A stretch of 54,490 nt of DNA from an uncultured Bacilli bacterium (GTDB lineage: Bacteria > Bacillota_I > Bacilli_A > RF39 > UBA660): positions 1 to 54,490 of the forward strand of contig CALVRD010000002.1 in assembly GCA_944358435.1 (NCBI GenBank), in the 5' to 3' direction. Positions 18,162 to 26,669 of the stretch are shown here, in pieces. The stretch's first letter is position 1. Every line of letters starts with the position of its first letter. The notes below the pieces were generated by a model that worked only from the letters and a program-made list of their open reading frames with translations, was not told the DNA's origin and did not search any database. Position numbers and translations under genes: made by a program.

Positions 18162-20216
18162 ATGGCTAAAGAAAATGATGCAAAAAAGATAAATGTTTTA
18201 AAATTAATAATATTAATAATTACGGTGTTATCACTAGGTAGTAGTGCTTTTTTGATATATCAGTTGTTTAAGCTTTCTTCAATTGAAAACTTAATTAGAT
18301 ATATAGTTATTGGTATTTTAATACTTTTTAATTTGCTTATTATAATAAAGGGATTGTGTATATTTAAAAAGAAAGTTAAAAATAGACATTCTAAACATAT
18401 TGGTTTTATTGTATTTATGGTAATATATTCTATTATTTGTGGTGCAGTTGGATCAGTAATTTCTTACTTATATGGCCAATTGGAAAATATGAATACTGGT
18501 TATGTAACTTATTCATCTAGTTTAGTTACTATGAATACAAGTGGTGCTAAAAAAATTGGGGATGTTAAGAATTTTAAGATTGCAATTTTAAATGATGAAA
18601 AGTCTCCTGATGGATATATAATTCCACAGGATATTATTAAAGAATATAAGTTAAATGATAATAATGAGATTATTAATTATGATGATTATTCTAGTATGTT
18701 AACAGATTTATATGTTAATGAAATTAATGCTATGATTTTACCTACAAGTTATCCTGATATGTTTTCTAGTATTGCTGGATATGAAAATATTGCTAATGAT
18801 ACTCATATTATTGTTACTAAAGAAAAAGAAATGAAAAAAGCTGATGTTTCAAACTTTGAAACTAGTTCTAGTGGTAAGGATGTTACGGAACCATTTACAA
18901 TACTTTTAATGGGAATTGATTCGACAGCTGAAGTATTACAAAAGAATGCAGTTGCAAATGGTGATACTTTAATACTTATGACATTTAATCCTAAAACTTT
19001 AAATGCAACAATGCTTTCTATACCACGTGATAGCTATGTACCTATTGCTTGTTGGTCTAATAAGGCAGAAAACAAGATAACTCATGCAGCTGGATATGGT
19101 ACTGATTGTATGATGAACACAATTGAACAATATTTTGATGTTAATATTGATTATTATGCTAAGATTAATTTTAAAGGATTAGTAAAATTAGTTAACGCTG
19201 TTGGTGGCGTTGAGATTAATGTTGATAGAAGATTATGTACTGATAATTCTGATCGTGGTGGTGAAGTATGTATTGAACCAGGATATCAGACTTTAGATGG
19301 TGAGCAAGCATTAGTTTATGCTAGAAATAGACATGATTTGCCAAATGGGGATTTTGGAAGAAATCAACATCAACAAGAAATAGTTATGGCTATTGCGAAT
19401 AAGTTTAAAAATATTACTGATGTTTCTAAGTTTATGGAAATTATTAATACTATTTCTAATAGTTTAGATACAAATCTTACTACTAAGCAGATGTTATCAT
19501 TTTATAATGTTGGTAAAGATATTATTAAGAAAAGTTTATCTTCTGAAGAAGCAGATTTAATTAATATTCAACAATTATATTTAGAAGGTAATGGACAAAT
19601 GATTTATGATGAACGTATGCGTATGGTTCTTTATAATTATGTTCCTAATAAAAATAGTCGTAATGATATTGTTACAGCTATGAAACAAAATTTAGGTTTA
19701 ATCAATTATGAAATAGTTAAAAGCTTCTCTTTCTCTATTAATGATCCGTATGAAAGGCCGGTTATTGGTAAAGGACCTTATAGTTCAGCTAGTTTATATA
19801 AATTACTTCCTGATTTTACTGGTGATGATATGGCTACTGCTAGAGCTACGGCAAACAGACTTGGAATTTCAGTAGTATTTGAAGGGAATTCAGGATATGT
19901 AGTTGCTCAAAACTTTCCGGCAAATAAGCGAATTGATTTAATGAATGGAACTTTAAAACTTACTCTTTCTGGTAAGAAAGATGATAATAAAGATGACAAC
20001 AAAGATGATGGTAAGGACGATGATAAAAACGACAGTACCGATGGCGACAAAGACGATAGTAACAATAATAACGATAATAATGGTAATAATGAAGATAATT
20101 CAAATACAGGTGATAATGGCAATAGTGATAATGATAACTCTGGTACCGGTGATAATGGTGATACAAAACCTCCTACTGATAGCGGAGATAATAACACTGA
20201 TAAACCTAACGAATAG
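18162..20216 (+). CDS. LytR-CpsA-Psr (LCP) family glycopolymer-to-peptidoglycan ligase with a C-terminal PASTA-like domain and an Asp/Asn/Gly-rich tail
   Basis: The start ATG at 18162 has a GGAGG RBS 8 nt upstream. The product has three N-terminal TM helices. LCP core motifs are FTILLMGIDS, LSIPRDSYVPI, INFKGLVKLVNAVGGVEINV, ALVYARNRH and GDFGRNQHQQ. The PASTA-like segment is LPDFTGDDMATARATANRLGISVVFEGNSGYVVAQNFPANKRIDLMNGTLKLTLSG. Confidence 0.85.
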   Translation: MAKENDAKKINVLKLIILIITVLSLGSSAFLIYQLFKLSSIENLIRYIVIGILILFNLLIIIKGLCIFKKKVKNRHSKHIGFIVFMVIYSIICGAVGSVISYLYGQLENMNTGYVTYSSSLVTMNTSGAKKIGDVKNFKIAILNDEKSPDGYIIPQDIIKEYKLNDNNEIINYDDYSSMLTDLYVNEINAMILPTSYPDMFSSIAGYENIANDTHIIVTKEKEMKKADVSNFETSSSGKDVTEPFTILLMGIDSTAEVLQKNAVANGDTLILMTFNPKTLNATMLSIPRDSYVPIACWSNKAENKITHAAGYGTDCMMNTIEQYFDVNIDYYAKINFKGLVKLVNAVGGVEINVDRRLCTDNSDRGGEVCIEPGYQTLDGEQALVYARNRHDLPNGDFGRNQHQQEIVMAIANKFKNITDVSKFMEIINTISNSLDTNLTTKQMLSFYNVGKDIIKKSLSSEEADLINIQQLYLEGNGQMIYDERMRMVLYNYVPNKNSRNDIVTAMKQNLGLINYEIVKSFSFSINDPYERPVIGKGPYSSASLYKLLPDFTGDDMATARATANRLGISVVFEGNSGYVVAQNFPANKRIDLMNGTLKLTLSGKKDDNKDDNKDDGKDDDKNDSTDGDKDDSNNNNDNNGNNEDNSNTGDNGNSDNDNSGTGDNGDTKPPTDSGDNNTDKPNE
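19974..20213 (+). repeat. Low-complexity GAT/AAT/GGT-rich coding tract (the D/N/G/K-rich tail of the LCP protein)
   Basis: It encodes KDDNKDDNKDDGKDDDKNDSTDGDKDDSNNNNDNNGNNEDNSNTGDNGNSDNDNSGTGDNGD. The tract is open in several frames, which explains three spurious overlapping ORFs on the track. Confidence 0.8.
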
Positions 20217-20237
20217 TTTAAAAATATTTAGTTCATT

Positions 20238-20275
20238 GACAAATAGGTACATTTACTTATTTGTCTTTTATTATA
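20238..20275 (+). terminator. Intrinsic terminator after the LCP gene
   Basis: The stem is GACAAATA / TATTTGTC (8 bp) with a 12-nt loop, followed by TTTTATTAT. Confidence 0.55.
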
Positions 20276-20291
20276 ATTTTTTTTGCATAGT

Positions 20292-20325
20292 AAAAGGCTA
20301 TTAACTTTTTTGTTAATAGCCTTTT
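20292..20325. terminator. Strong hairpin terminator between convergent transcription units (the end of the rplU operon)
   Basis: A perfect 14-bp stem AAAAGGCTATTAAC / GTTAATAGCCTTTT with a TTTTTT loop lies 15 nt beyond the rpmA stop. Confidence 0.7.
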
Positions 20326-20339
20326 GAACTTTCTTTTTA

Positions 20340-20630
20340 TTATGCTTCTACTGGATAAACTGAAGCTTTTTTCTTATCTCTTCCTAAGTGTTCAAACTTA
20401 ACGATTCCGTCAACTGTTGAATATAGAGTATCATCATTTCCACGACGAACGTTAGTTCCTGGGAAAATCTTAGTTCCACGTTGACGATATATGATACTTC
20501 CAGCTGTGATGAATTCACCATCAGAAGCTTTAGCCCCTAATCTACGTCCTGCAGAATCACGACCATTAGATGTTGATCCTTGCCCTTTATGGTGAGCAAA
20601 TAATTGAATATCTAATCTTAAAAAATTCAT
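20340..20630 (-). CDS. rpmA: 50S ribosomal protein L27, with an N-terminal propeptide
   Basis: The sequence [26 protein letters not shown]... carries the Firmicute-type cleavable extension ahead of the conserved AHKK-like start. The rest is canonical L27. Confidence 0.95.
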   Translation of the reverse strand: MNFLRLDIQLFAHHKGQGSTSNGRDSAGRRLGAKASDGEFITAGSIIYRQRGTKIFPGTNVRRGNDDTLYSTVDGIVKFEHLGRDKKKASVYPVEA

Positions 20631-20641
20631 AATTCTCCTCC

Positions 20642-20944
20642 TTATTTTACTTCTACATTAGTTGGATATTCTTTTTCCAACTCTTTCAAAAGATTAATCA
20701 TATTTTTGATTAATGTTTGGGTATTTTTTTCATTACTAATATTAGTAATTTCTAAACCTTTATCATTAACCTCATAACTTAGACTATCCTTATTTAATGA
20801 TAAAATACCATTTATTGTTGTAGTAACAATACTACTAGCAGCACTACAAACTATATCTTTTCCATAGTCAGCATATTCAGCATGACCAAAAACAGTTATT
20901 TTTTTATAATTGGTATTTTCTTTAGTAACCTTTACTTTAATCAT
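20642..20944 (-). CDS. prp: Ribosomal-processing cysteine protease Prp (YsxB family), which cleaves the L27 propeptide
   Basis: The 100-aa product has [21 protein letters not shown], the His/Cys dyad region. It sits between rplU and rpmA, as in Bacillus and Staphylococcus. Confidence 0.9.
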   Translation of the reverse strand: MIKVKVTKENTNYKKITVFGHAEYADYGKDIVCSAASSIVTTTINGILSLNKDSLSYEVNDKGLEITNISNEKNTQTLIKNMINLLKELEKEYPTNVEVK

Positions 20945-20946
20945 GA

Positions 20947-21249
20947 TTATCCATTGATTTTAGTTATTCTTACTTTTGTATAAGGTTGTCTATGTCCCTG
21001 AGTCTTACGATTTGATCTGTCTTTTGACTTATACTTGAAAACTTTAATTTTCTTTTGTTTACCGTTTTTGATTACTTCACCTTCAACAGTAACGTTAGTA
21101 AGATAAGGACTACCTATTTTACTATCAAGCATTAATACTTGATCAAATTTTACTGTGTCTCCAGCTTCTGCTTCTAATTTTTCAACGAAAATTTCACTAT
21201 TTTCTTGAACATAGTATTGCTTTCCACCGACTTTAATTACAGCATTCAT
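20947..21249 (-). CDS. rplU: 50S ribosomal protein L21
   Basis: The sequence MNAVIKVGGKQYYVQE...GHRQPYTKVRI is canonical. The start ATG at 21247-21249 has a GGAGG RBS 8 nt upstream. The ORF-track start at 21267 overlaps that RBS. Confidence 0.95.
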   Translation of the reverse strand: MNAVIKVGGKQYYVQENSEIFVEKLEAEAGDTVKFDQVLMLDSKIGSPYLTNVTVEGEVIKNGKQKKIKVFKYKSKDRSNRKTQGHRQPYTKVRITKING

Positions 21250-21347
21250 ATAATATACCTCCTTCATATTAACTTAAGACTCGCTCTTAAGGTACAAGTA
21301 AACTTGTTTTTACCTTTTCAATGCGGTTTGAGCATGAGGCGTCAAAC
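21250..21347 (-). promoter_or_regulatory. Structured 5' leader of the rplU operon (candidate L21 ribosomal-protein leader)
   Basis: The ~98-nt leader lies between the predicted TSS and the start codon. It contains several hairpins on the minus strand: GTTTGA..TCAAAC, CAAGT..ACTTG nested in GGTA..TACC, and CTTAAGA..TCTTAAG. Position and length fit the Firmicute L21 leader, but no covariance-model search was possible. Confidence 0.5.
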
Positions 21348-21353
21348 ACATTG

Positions 21354-21383
21354 ATTGTAACATATCAACTGGCATTTTGTCAA
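21354..21383 (-). promoter_or_regulatory. SigmaA-type promoter of the rplU-prp-rpmA operon
   Basis: The minus strand reads TTGACA-18 nt-TACAAT with a TGn extended -10. Confidence 0.65.
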
Positions 21384-21464
21384 ATAATTTGGTCCGTATT
21401 TCTATATATTTCAACGTTTTTATTTATTTTTAAGACCCTTAATCTTGAGATTTTTCTTTAACTG

Positions 21465-23327
21465 TTAAATTTTTTTACTTGGATTTAAGCAAGACTTTAA
21501 TTTTACATATTCTTGATCAGTTAAAGTACTACCAGATACAACACTAGATAATAAGCTTTCTGGTGTTAAAGATGGAGATTTTTCTAAATTACGTTTTACT
21601 TTATTCTTAGAAATTATTACTCCAGCAAAACTATAAGTACGTTTTGTATTGATGTAGTTTTCTAATGATTCAGTTGATTCTCTTGATGTTTCATTACTCT
21701 CTTCTATTACTTGTTCTTGATAGTCAACAGCATTATATAAGTAGTCATAAATTTCATCATTAGGAACATAGAACTTATCAGTTGTTAGAACAGCTAACAG
21801 TTCATCTTTTGTATCAATTGGAATATTTAGAGTTTTTACAAGTCTTAGTCTAGCAAAACGATCTTTATAATTTAATAAATTTAAGTCTTCTTCTAAGTAG
21901 TCTTCATATCCTAATTCTAATAATGTATCTATTGAATGAGATAAATCTTCTTGGGCTAAGAAAGAATGATTTAGGTCTGTTTTTAAAGATGAGATTAACT
22001 CATAGTCTAATAAAACTTGATAATTTTCTTGTAGTAGAACTGGTTCGGTTAAAAGAATACTACCGGTATTAAATGCTTTAGGATTGGCCTTTTGCTCAAC
22101 TAAGAAATCAAGATTATTCATAAGAGAGGCATACTCAGTTGAATATTTATCAAATAATGACTCATTATTAATAACTAAATCATTAGTTATAATTTCTTTA
22201 GAAATAAGTGATGTTAATCTAGCAATTGTTTCACTATCACTGGTTGATACTGCTTTTAGCAAAATACTTGGTGTAGTCAATCCAACGGAAGTTAAATCTT
22301 CAAATATTTTAGAGGCATCTACTAGTGATTTAGTCATTGCCATTTCTACGTTATGATCGTTTGATAAAATACCATATTTAGCTAAAAGTACTTGATAATG
22401 AGATTTGTTATTAGCAGAAAGTTCATTATATTCAGCTGCCATCTTAGAATAAATTTTTTTATTATGTTGATAGATTAATCTTAAAGCTTCTAATCTTACT
22501 TTAGGACTTGGAATTTTACTAAGTAACTCTTCGGCATTTCTTATTTCACCACCACTTAAGGCTTTGATAAGGTCTTGTTTTAGCCTATCATACATAATAT
22601 TGGCTTTAGCTAGTTTTTTTTTATTTTTTTGGTCAGTAATTATAGCATTCTCGCCTCTTTTAATGGCACAATTAATTATATCCATTAAAGTTTCAAAATT
22701 TATCTTTCCTTTCAAATCTTCTTTGACTAATTTTTTTATATTAGAATATGACATATTCTTATTAGCTTCTGAATAATTATTAAATGATGATAAAACAATT
22801 TGAAGGGCCATTTTTGTATGAATTGCTGTTGTAACTCCATCTAGACAAGCATGTAGTATTTTTAAAAATAGAGCAGTTTCTTCTTTTGACATATTCATTT
22901 TTTTTATTAAATTATCAATTTCTTTTAATCTTTCACTTTGAGCTTTTGATTTTTTATCTAAAAAAATTAATGGGAAAAATAAAAAACCATTAAGATAAGA
23001 AGATGCTTCTAAATATTTATCTTGGTCAACAACAATATCTTTTAATTTATCAAGATATAGATAAATTTTGCTTATTGATTTATCATTCATAAAAGTCAAA
23101 ATAGATGCCAAAATTGTTTCCATTTGATCATGACTCAGATTCGGGTAATAATCAAATATTATCGCAGTCATTAAATTTAAATCGTCTAATTTGGCAGCTT
23201 GTATAATGTCAGTTGGAGTACCATCTTTTAAGAGATTCTTATAAAAATCAATTCGTACATCTTCAGTATCTAATTCATCAATATTTTTTTGCTTTTCTTC
23301 GGCAATAGCATCTAAAAATCTAAACAT
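21465..23327 (-). CDS. Hypothetical 620-aa all-helical protein of unknown function
   Basis: This is a long uninterrupted ORF. Its ATG overlaps the stop of the upstream gene by 8 nt, which implies translational coupling. It has no TM segments and no catalytic motif I recognise. The C-terminal ~300 aa shows a Leu-rich ~30-35-aa periodicity. Confidence 0.7.
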   Translation of the reverse strand: MFRFLDAIAEEKQKNIDELDTEDVRIDFYKNLLKDGTPTDIIQAAKLDDLNLMTAIIFDYYPNLSHDQMETILASILTFMNDKSISKIYLYLDKLKDIVVDQDKYLEASSYLNGFLFFPLIFLDKKSKAQSERLKEIDNLIKKMNMSKEETALFLKILHACLDGVTTAIHTKMALQIVLSSFNNYSEANKNMSYSNIKKLVKEDLKGKINFETLMDIINCAIKRGENAIITDQKNKKKLAKANIMYDRLKQDLIKALSGGEIRNAEELLSKIPSPKVRLEALRLIYQHNKKIYSKMAAEYNELSANNKSHYQVLLAKYGILSNDHNVEMAMTKSLVDASKIFEDLTSVGLTTPSILLKAVSTSDSETIARLTSLISKEIITNDLVINNESLFDKYSTEYASLMNNLDFLVEQKANPKAFNTGSILLTEPVLLQENYQVLLDYELISSLKTDLNHSFLAQEDLSHSIDTLLELGYEDYLEEDLNLLNYKDRFARLRLVKTLNIPIDTKDELLAVLTTDKFYVPNDEIYDYLYNAVDYQEQVIEESNETSRESTESLENYINTKRTYSFAGVIISKNKVKRNLEKSPSLTPESLLSSVVSGSTLTDQEYVKLKSCLNPSKKI

Positions 23328-24312
23328 TTTCGTTCGCCACCTTTTCTTTTACTAATGGTGAATCTTTAGTAGTATTTCTAGAAAGAATTGAAAATAGTTC
23401 TTGTTCATATTGTTCATTTAAAGCTAAAAACTCGGCATTTAATAAATTATTTTTTAAAGTTCCTTTAATAGCTAAAAAATCCCGATACTTTTTTTCTAAT
23501 GTAGTTCTATAACCTAAATTATTGTTATCTTTCTTAGTAAAGGCTGTTATAGCTGCATAATAATTATCTTGTAATCTGACAAAAGCTACACGAACTTTGA
23601 AGGCCTTTACTTGACTTAAACCAGTTAGTTCACTGTTACCACTAAAACGTTTATATTTTTTAAAAGTTCCGTTTTTTATAGATTGGAATAAACTTAAAAA
23701 TCTATTGTAGTAAGCTGGATCAATATGTTCAATTTCTTCTAATACCTGAATATTTCCACTAGTAGTTGGAACAAATATTATTTTGTTTTCTATTGCTTCT
23801 TCTTTAGGTTGCTCTTCTTCTTTTTCATTAGAATTAAAACCTTTATCAATTAAAGCTAATCTTTTTTGTTCTAATAATAAATCGTCTTTAAATTCAATAG
23901 CTTCTTCGATAGTCATACCTTCATCGGCTACAACATCTCTTATCTCTTTAATATTTTTCATTACTTCAGCTTTAAGTCTATATAAAATTCTTTGATATTG
24001 ATAATCATCAGTTTCTGGTAAAATCTCTGTATCATCACTTTCAAGTTCTTCAATAGTGGCTTTTAATAATTGCTGGTAGTAGAAAGCTACTTCGTCTTCA
24101 AAGGCTTTATCAATATTTTGATTATCAATATTATTTTGTTTTTTCTTTCCTATTTTAGTTTCTTGCTCTTGACTTTGACCAATAGTTGATGTAGTTTTTC
24201 TTAATTTATCTATTTCACTAGCCATAAGTCTTGCAGTTTTTATATTATCAGAAATAGCGGCCATAAGTTCTTCTTCGGTTACATCATCTAAGTCTAATAC
24301 TGTAAAATCCAT
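23320..24312 (-). CDS. Hypothetical 330-aa protein: acidic/coiled N-terminal half and a C-terminal region with a RelE/HigB(Gp49)-like sequence pattern
   Basis: The start ATG at 24310-24312 (MDFTVLDLDD) has a GAGGGGG RBS. The longer ORF-track start would overlap the promoter. The C-terminal segment FKKYKRFSGNSELTGLSQVKAFKVRVAFVRLQDNYYAAITAFTKKDNN resembles the strand pattern of RelE/ParE-superfamily toxins. That resemblance is pattern recognition only. Confidence 0.65.
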   Translation of the reverse strand: MDFTVLDLDDVTEEELMAAISDNIKTARLMASEIDKLRKTTSTIGQSQEQETKIGKKKQNNIDNQNIDKAFEDEVAFYYQQLLKATIEELESDDTEILPETDDYQYQRILYRLKAEVMKNIKEIRDVVADEGMTIEEAIEFKDDLLLEQKRLALIDKGFNSNEKEEEQPKEEAIENKIIFVPTTSGNIQVLEEIEHIDPAYYNRFLSLFQSIKNGTFKKYKRFSGNSELTGLSQVKAFKVRVAFVRLQDNYYAAITAFTKKDNNNLGYRTTLEKKYRDFLAIKGTLKNNLLNAEFLALNEQYEQELFSILSRNTTKDSPLVKEKVANENV

Positions 24313-24340
24313 TGTAATCCCCCTCTTCAATTTCTTGTGT

Positions 24341-24369
24341 ATTATACCATAAAACATGATAATTTGCAA
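24341..24369 (-). promoter_or_regulatory. Strong sigmaA-type promoter of the 330-aa/620-aa operon
   Basis: The minus strand reads TTGCAA-17 nt-TGgTATAAT (perfect -10 with an extended TG), about 28 nt upstream of the start codon. Confidence 0.7.
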
Positions 24370-24413
24370 CAGTTTATTCGGTTGTTAGAAGTCTCTAAAA
24401 AAACAATTTCGTT

Positions 24414-24457
24414 AAAGAAAAAAATCAGTAATAACCTTTATAAATGATTATTACTGA
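24414..24457 (-). terminator. Intrinsic terminator closing the sigma-factor transcription unit
   Basis: A perfect 10-bp stem TCAGTAATAA / TTATTACTGA with a 13-nt loop is followed on the minus strand by TTTTTTTCTTT. It begins immediately after the last stop codon of the pseudogene. Confidence 0.8.
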
Positions 24458-25161
24458 CTATTTATTTTGCTTTGATGCTAATATTTTTTGATAAATTTTA
24501 GGAGTCTCTTTATAATAACTTGAAGTTAAACGAGATTTAGGTAAATATCTGCATGGTATCTTTGTTTTTAATCTTCGATTTAATTCATCAAGTGTTTCTG
24601 TTACGGCATCGGGATTATCCATGTAGATAGCTAAATATCTAGTTTCTTTATTTTTTTATTAATTTAGTTAAAGCTTTTTGTTGAATTTGATGACATCTTT
24701 CTTGAAAAATATCAAATATCTTTGCTGCATCTATAAGCAATACTGGTTCTTTATCATAAGTATCTAGGTCATATCTTAGTTTTAAAACTTCTAATTTTCT
24801 TGGAGTTAATTTGGTTGAGACAATTAATTTATCAACATTAATTACTAATGATGGTTTTTCTTCAAAGTTACTCATTTTTGAAAATAAGTAACGTTCAAAA
24901 TAATTATTTATTGATTTTTTAGGATCAATACTATTATTTTCATTTAATTCTAATTTTATTTAGGATTCTAGTTGTTCAATCATTTTTCTTCAATAAAATT
25001 TGTTAGCTTATATTGTGGATCTTCTTGAATCATATTAAGCATCTTCAAAACAATTTCTAGCTATTTTTAAATAGTCTTTTGATGATAGATTTATATATCC
25101 TATCAAAGAATAAAATTCTTCAAAAACAGGTATCACTTTATAGCTTGTTTTTTTTATTCAT
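24458..25161 (-). pseudogene. Decayed fourth sigma-70 paralog: N-terminal extension fused to region 4, with regions 2-3 deleted and multiple stops and frameshifts
   Basis: The RBS and ATG at 25159-25161 are retained. After MNKKNKL*, an A8 run shifts the frame. The next frame reads ..EEFYSLIGYINLSSKDYLKIARNCFEDA*YDSRRSTI*ANKFY*RKMIEQLES*IKLELNENNSIDPKKSINNYFERY.., with four in-frame stops. This is homologous to the N-terminus of the 594-aa sigma (FYNRYAFTGLSREEFNNFASNCLHDAKY...INNYLERI). A region-4 HTH follows (LTPRKLEVLKLRYDL...FQERCHQIQQKALTKLIKK*). After an A7-run frameshift the sequence continues ETRYLAIYMDNPDAVTETL, as in the intact copies. Confidence 0.8.
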
Positions 25162-25180
25162 AATATATTTCCCCTATTTT

Positions 25181-26638
25181 CTATTTTTTTGCTCTTACTT
25201 TTCTTTCTGTTTGACTTTTATTATTATTCTTTTCATTAATTTTTCTATCTAGTTCTTGTTCTTGGTGACGTAGTCTTGTTACTTGTTCTTGAAGTTCTAA
25301 TGTTTCTTGTAGTTTTTTACTACGTAGTTTTTTCTTTTCTTTTAGTGTTTCAGTTTCTGTTACAACGTTTGGTATATTTAAACGAATTACTTCTGGTTTT
25401 AACCTATCTATTATTTCTTTATGGAAGCGATTATGCATTTTTGGCGAAAGTGGGCCTTTTTCAGTACTTCTATAATTAATTAGCCAACACTCTTCTGGAC
25501 TTAATAATGGAGCAAGTAATCTTTCATAGTGTTCTTTTGAAATATTTAGAATTTCATATATATGTTTTCGTCTTTCTGGTAGCTTATCGGGTTCTATACC
25601 AGTTATTTTAGGATCATTTTGTTCATTTTCAGCAATTACAATTTCTTTAGGGATGCCATTTTTTTGAAATTCTTCATATACTTCTTCAGCAATGATATGC
25701 GAATAATCTCGATTACGATAAGGAGTTTTAGATAATTGTATTGAGGTTGCTCTTGCAATATCTGGTCGATCCATATAAATAGCTAATTCTCTTGTTTTAG
25801 GATGACTTACTAGTTTCCCTAATACTCTTTCAATTATCTTTTTGACCCCAGTATGTGTAATTCCTATTATGTTTCCAACTTCTTTTATACTTTTCATTGA
25901 TTGGTCAGGTTGGCCTATACCATATCTTAATTTAATAACGTTTATTTCTCTTTCCGATAACCCCGCTTCTTCAAGTAATTTTATAATTTCTGGGGTTGTG
26001 GCTTGATTAAAAAGTTTTTCAGATAAATCTTGATCATCAAGAGAAAATGTATCAATGAATCTATCTTCAGAATCAGTATTTATTATATCATTATAACTAA
26101 TAGTCGATGGCGTAGTTAGAAACTGTTCTAATTTAGATGTAGACATTCCTAATTTTTTAGCTAGTTCTTCAGTTGTATGTTCTTGATTATTATGCTCATT
26201 GCAGTCATTTATTACTTTTTCAATTTTTTGTAGTTTGAATTGTAATTCAATTGGAAGATGAATATTTCTACTTTTAAAAATTATGGCTCTTGAAATTGCA
26301 TTCGTAACCCAGCGAATTGCATAGGTTGATAGAGATATTTTACTATTACAATCATAATTATTAATGGCAAAGATTAATCCAAACACTCCTTCTTGAAACA
26401 TATCATCAAAGTCAAGTCCCCTATTTTGATAATTTTTAGCAATTCTTACTATTGTATGAAGGTTACTAATAATTAACTTATTTCTAGCATCATAATCTCC
26501 ATTTTGAGCTTTTATAACTAATTCATTTGTTTGTTTTTGATTAAGGACTGGGTACTCTTTTGTAGTTTCTAGATAAATTTGGATGCTTTCATCAGAAATG
26601 TTATCAAACGTCTTTTTTCTAAGATTAGTTTGAGTCAT
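25181..26638 (-). CDS. RpoD-like sigma-70 factor paralog (485 aa) with a ~195-aa extension after region 4
   Basis: Region 1.2 is IQIYLETTKEYPVLNQKQ. Region 2 is ISNLHTIVRIAKNYQNRGLDFDDMFQEGVFGLIFAINNYD...STYAIRWVTNAISRAIIFKSRNIHLP. Region 4 is LSEREINVIKLRYGIG...EVGNIIGITHTGVKKIIERVLGKLVSHPKTRELAIYM. The extension ends in LQETLELQEQVTRLRHQEQELDRKINEK. Confidence 0.9.
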   Translation of the reverse strand: MTQTNLRKKTFDNISDESIQIYLETTKEYPVLNQKQTNELVIKAQNGDYDARNKLIISNLHTIVRIAKNYQNRGLDFDDMFQEGVFGLIFAINNYDCNSKISLSTYAIRWVTNAISRAIIFKSRNIHLPIELQFKLQKIEKVINDCNEHNNQEHTTEELAKKLGMSTSKLEQFLTTPSTISYNDIINTDSEDRFIDTFSLDDQDLSEKLFNQATTPEIIKLLEEAGLSEREINVIKLRYGIGQPDQSMKSIKEVGNIIGITHTGVKKIIERVLGKLVSHPKTRELAIYMDRPDIARATSIQLSKTPYRNRDYSHIIAEEVYEEFQKNGIPKEIVIAENEQNDPKITGIEPDKLPERRKHIYEILNISKEHYERLLAPLLSPEECWLINYRSTEKGPLSPKMHNRFHKEIIDRLKPEVIRLNIPNVVTETETLKEKKKLRSKKLQETLELQEQVTRLRHQEQELDRKINEKNNNKSQTERKVRAKK

Positions 26639-26669
26639 TGTTTCACCTTCTCATTATTTTAGTTAAATG

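Noticed and set aside
19907-20304. Three mutually overlapping ORFs (96, 68 and 107 aa) lie over the 3' end of the LCP gene.
   Set aside because: They are artefacts of the GAT/AAT/GGT low-complexity tract, which is open in several frames. Their products are homopolymer-like (S/L-rich, Y/H/C-rich, I/M/T-rich). The LCP frame is the one that is continuous with a recognisable domain.
23320-24312. Calling the 330-aa/620-aa pair a classical type II toxin-antitoxin module.
   Set aside because: The RelE/HigB-like resemblance is confined to about 110 aa and rests on pattern recognition only. There is no small adjacent antitoxin with an HTH or RHH motif, and both proteins are far larger than canonical TA components. 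It is reported as a hypothesis, not as an annotation.
24648-24875. A 75-aa ORF that might be read as a stand-alone small HTH protein.
   Set aside because: It is the region-4 segment of a decayed sigma gene. Homologous sequence continues upstream through four in-frame stops and downstream after an A7 frameshift. I therefore annotate the whole 24458-25161 stretch as a pseudogene. Residual translation cannot be excluded.
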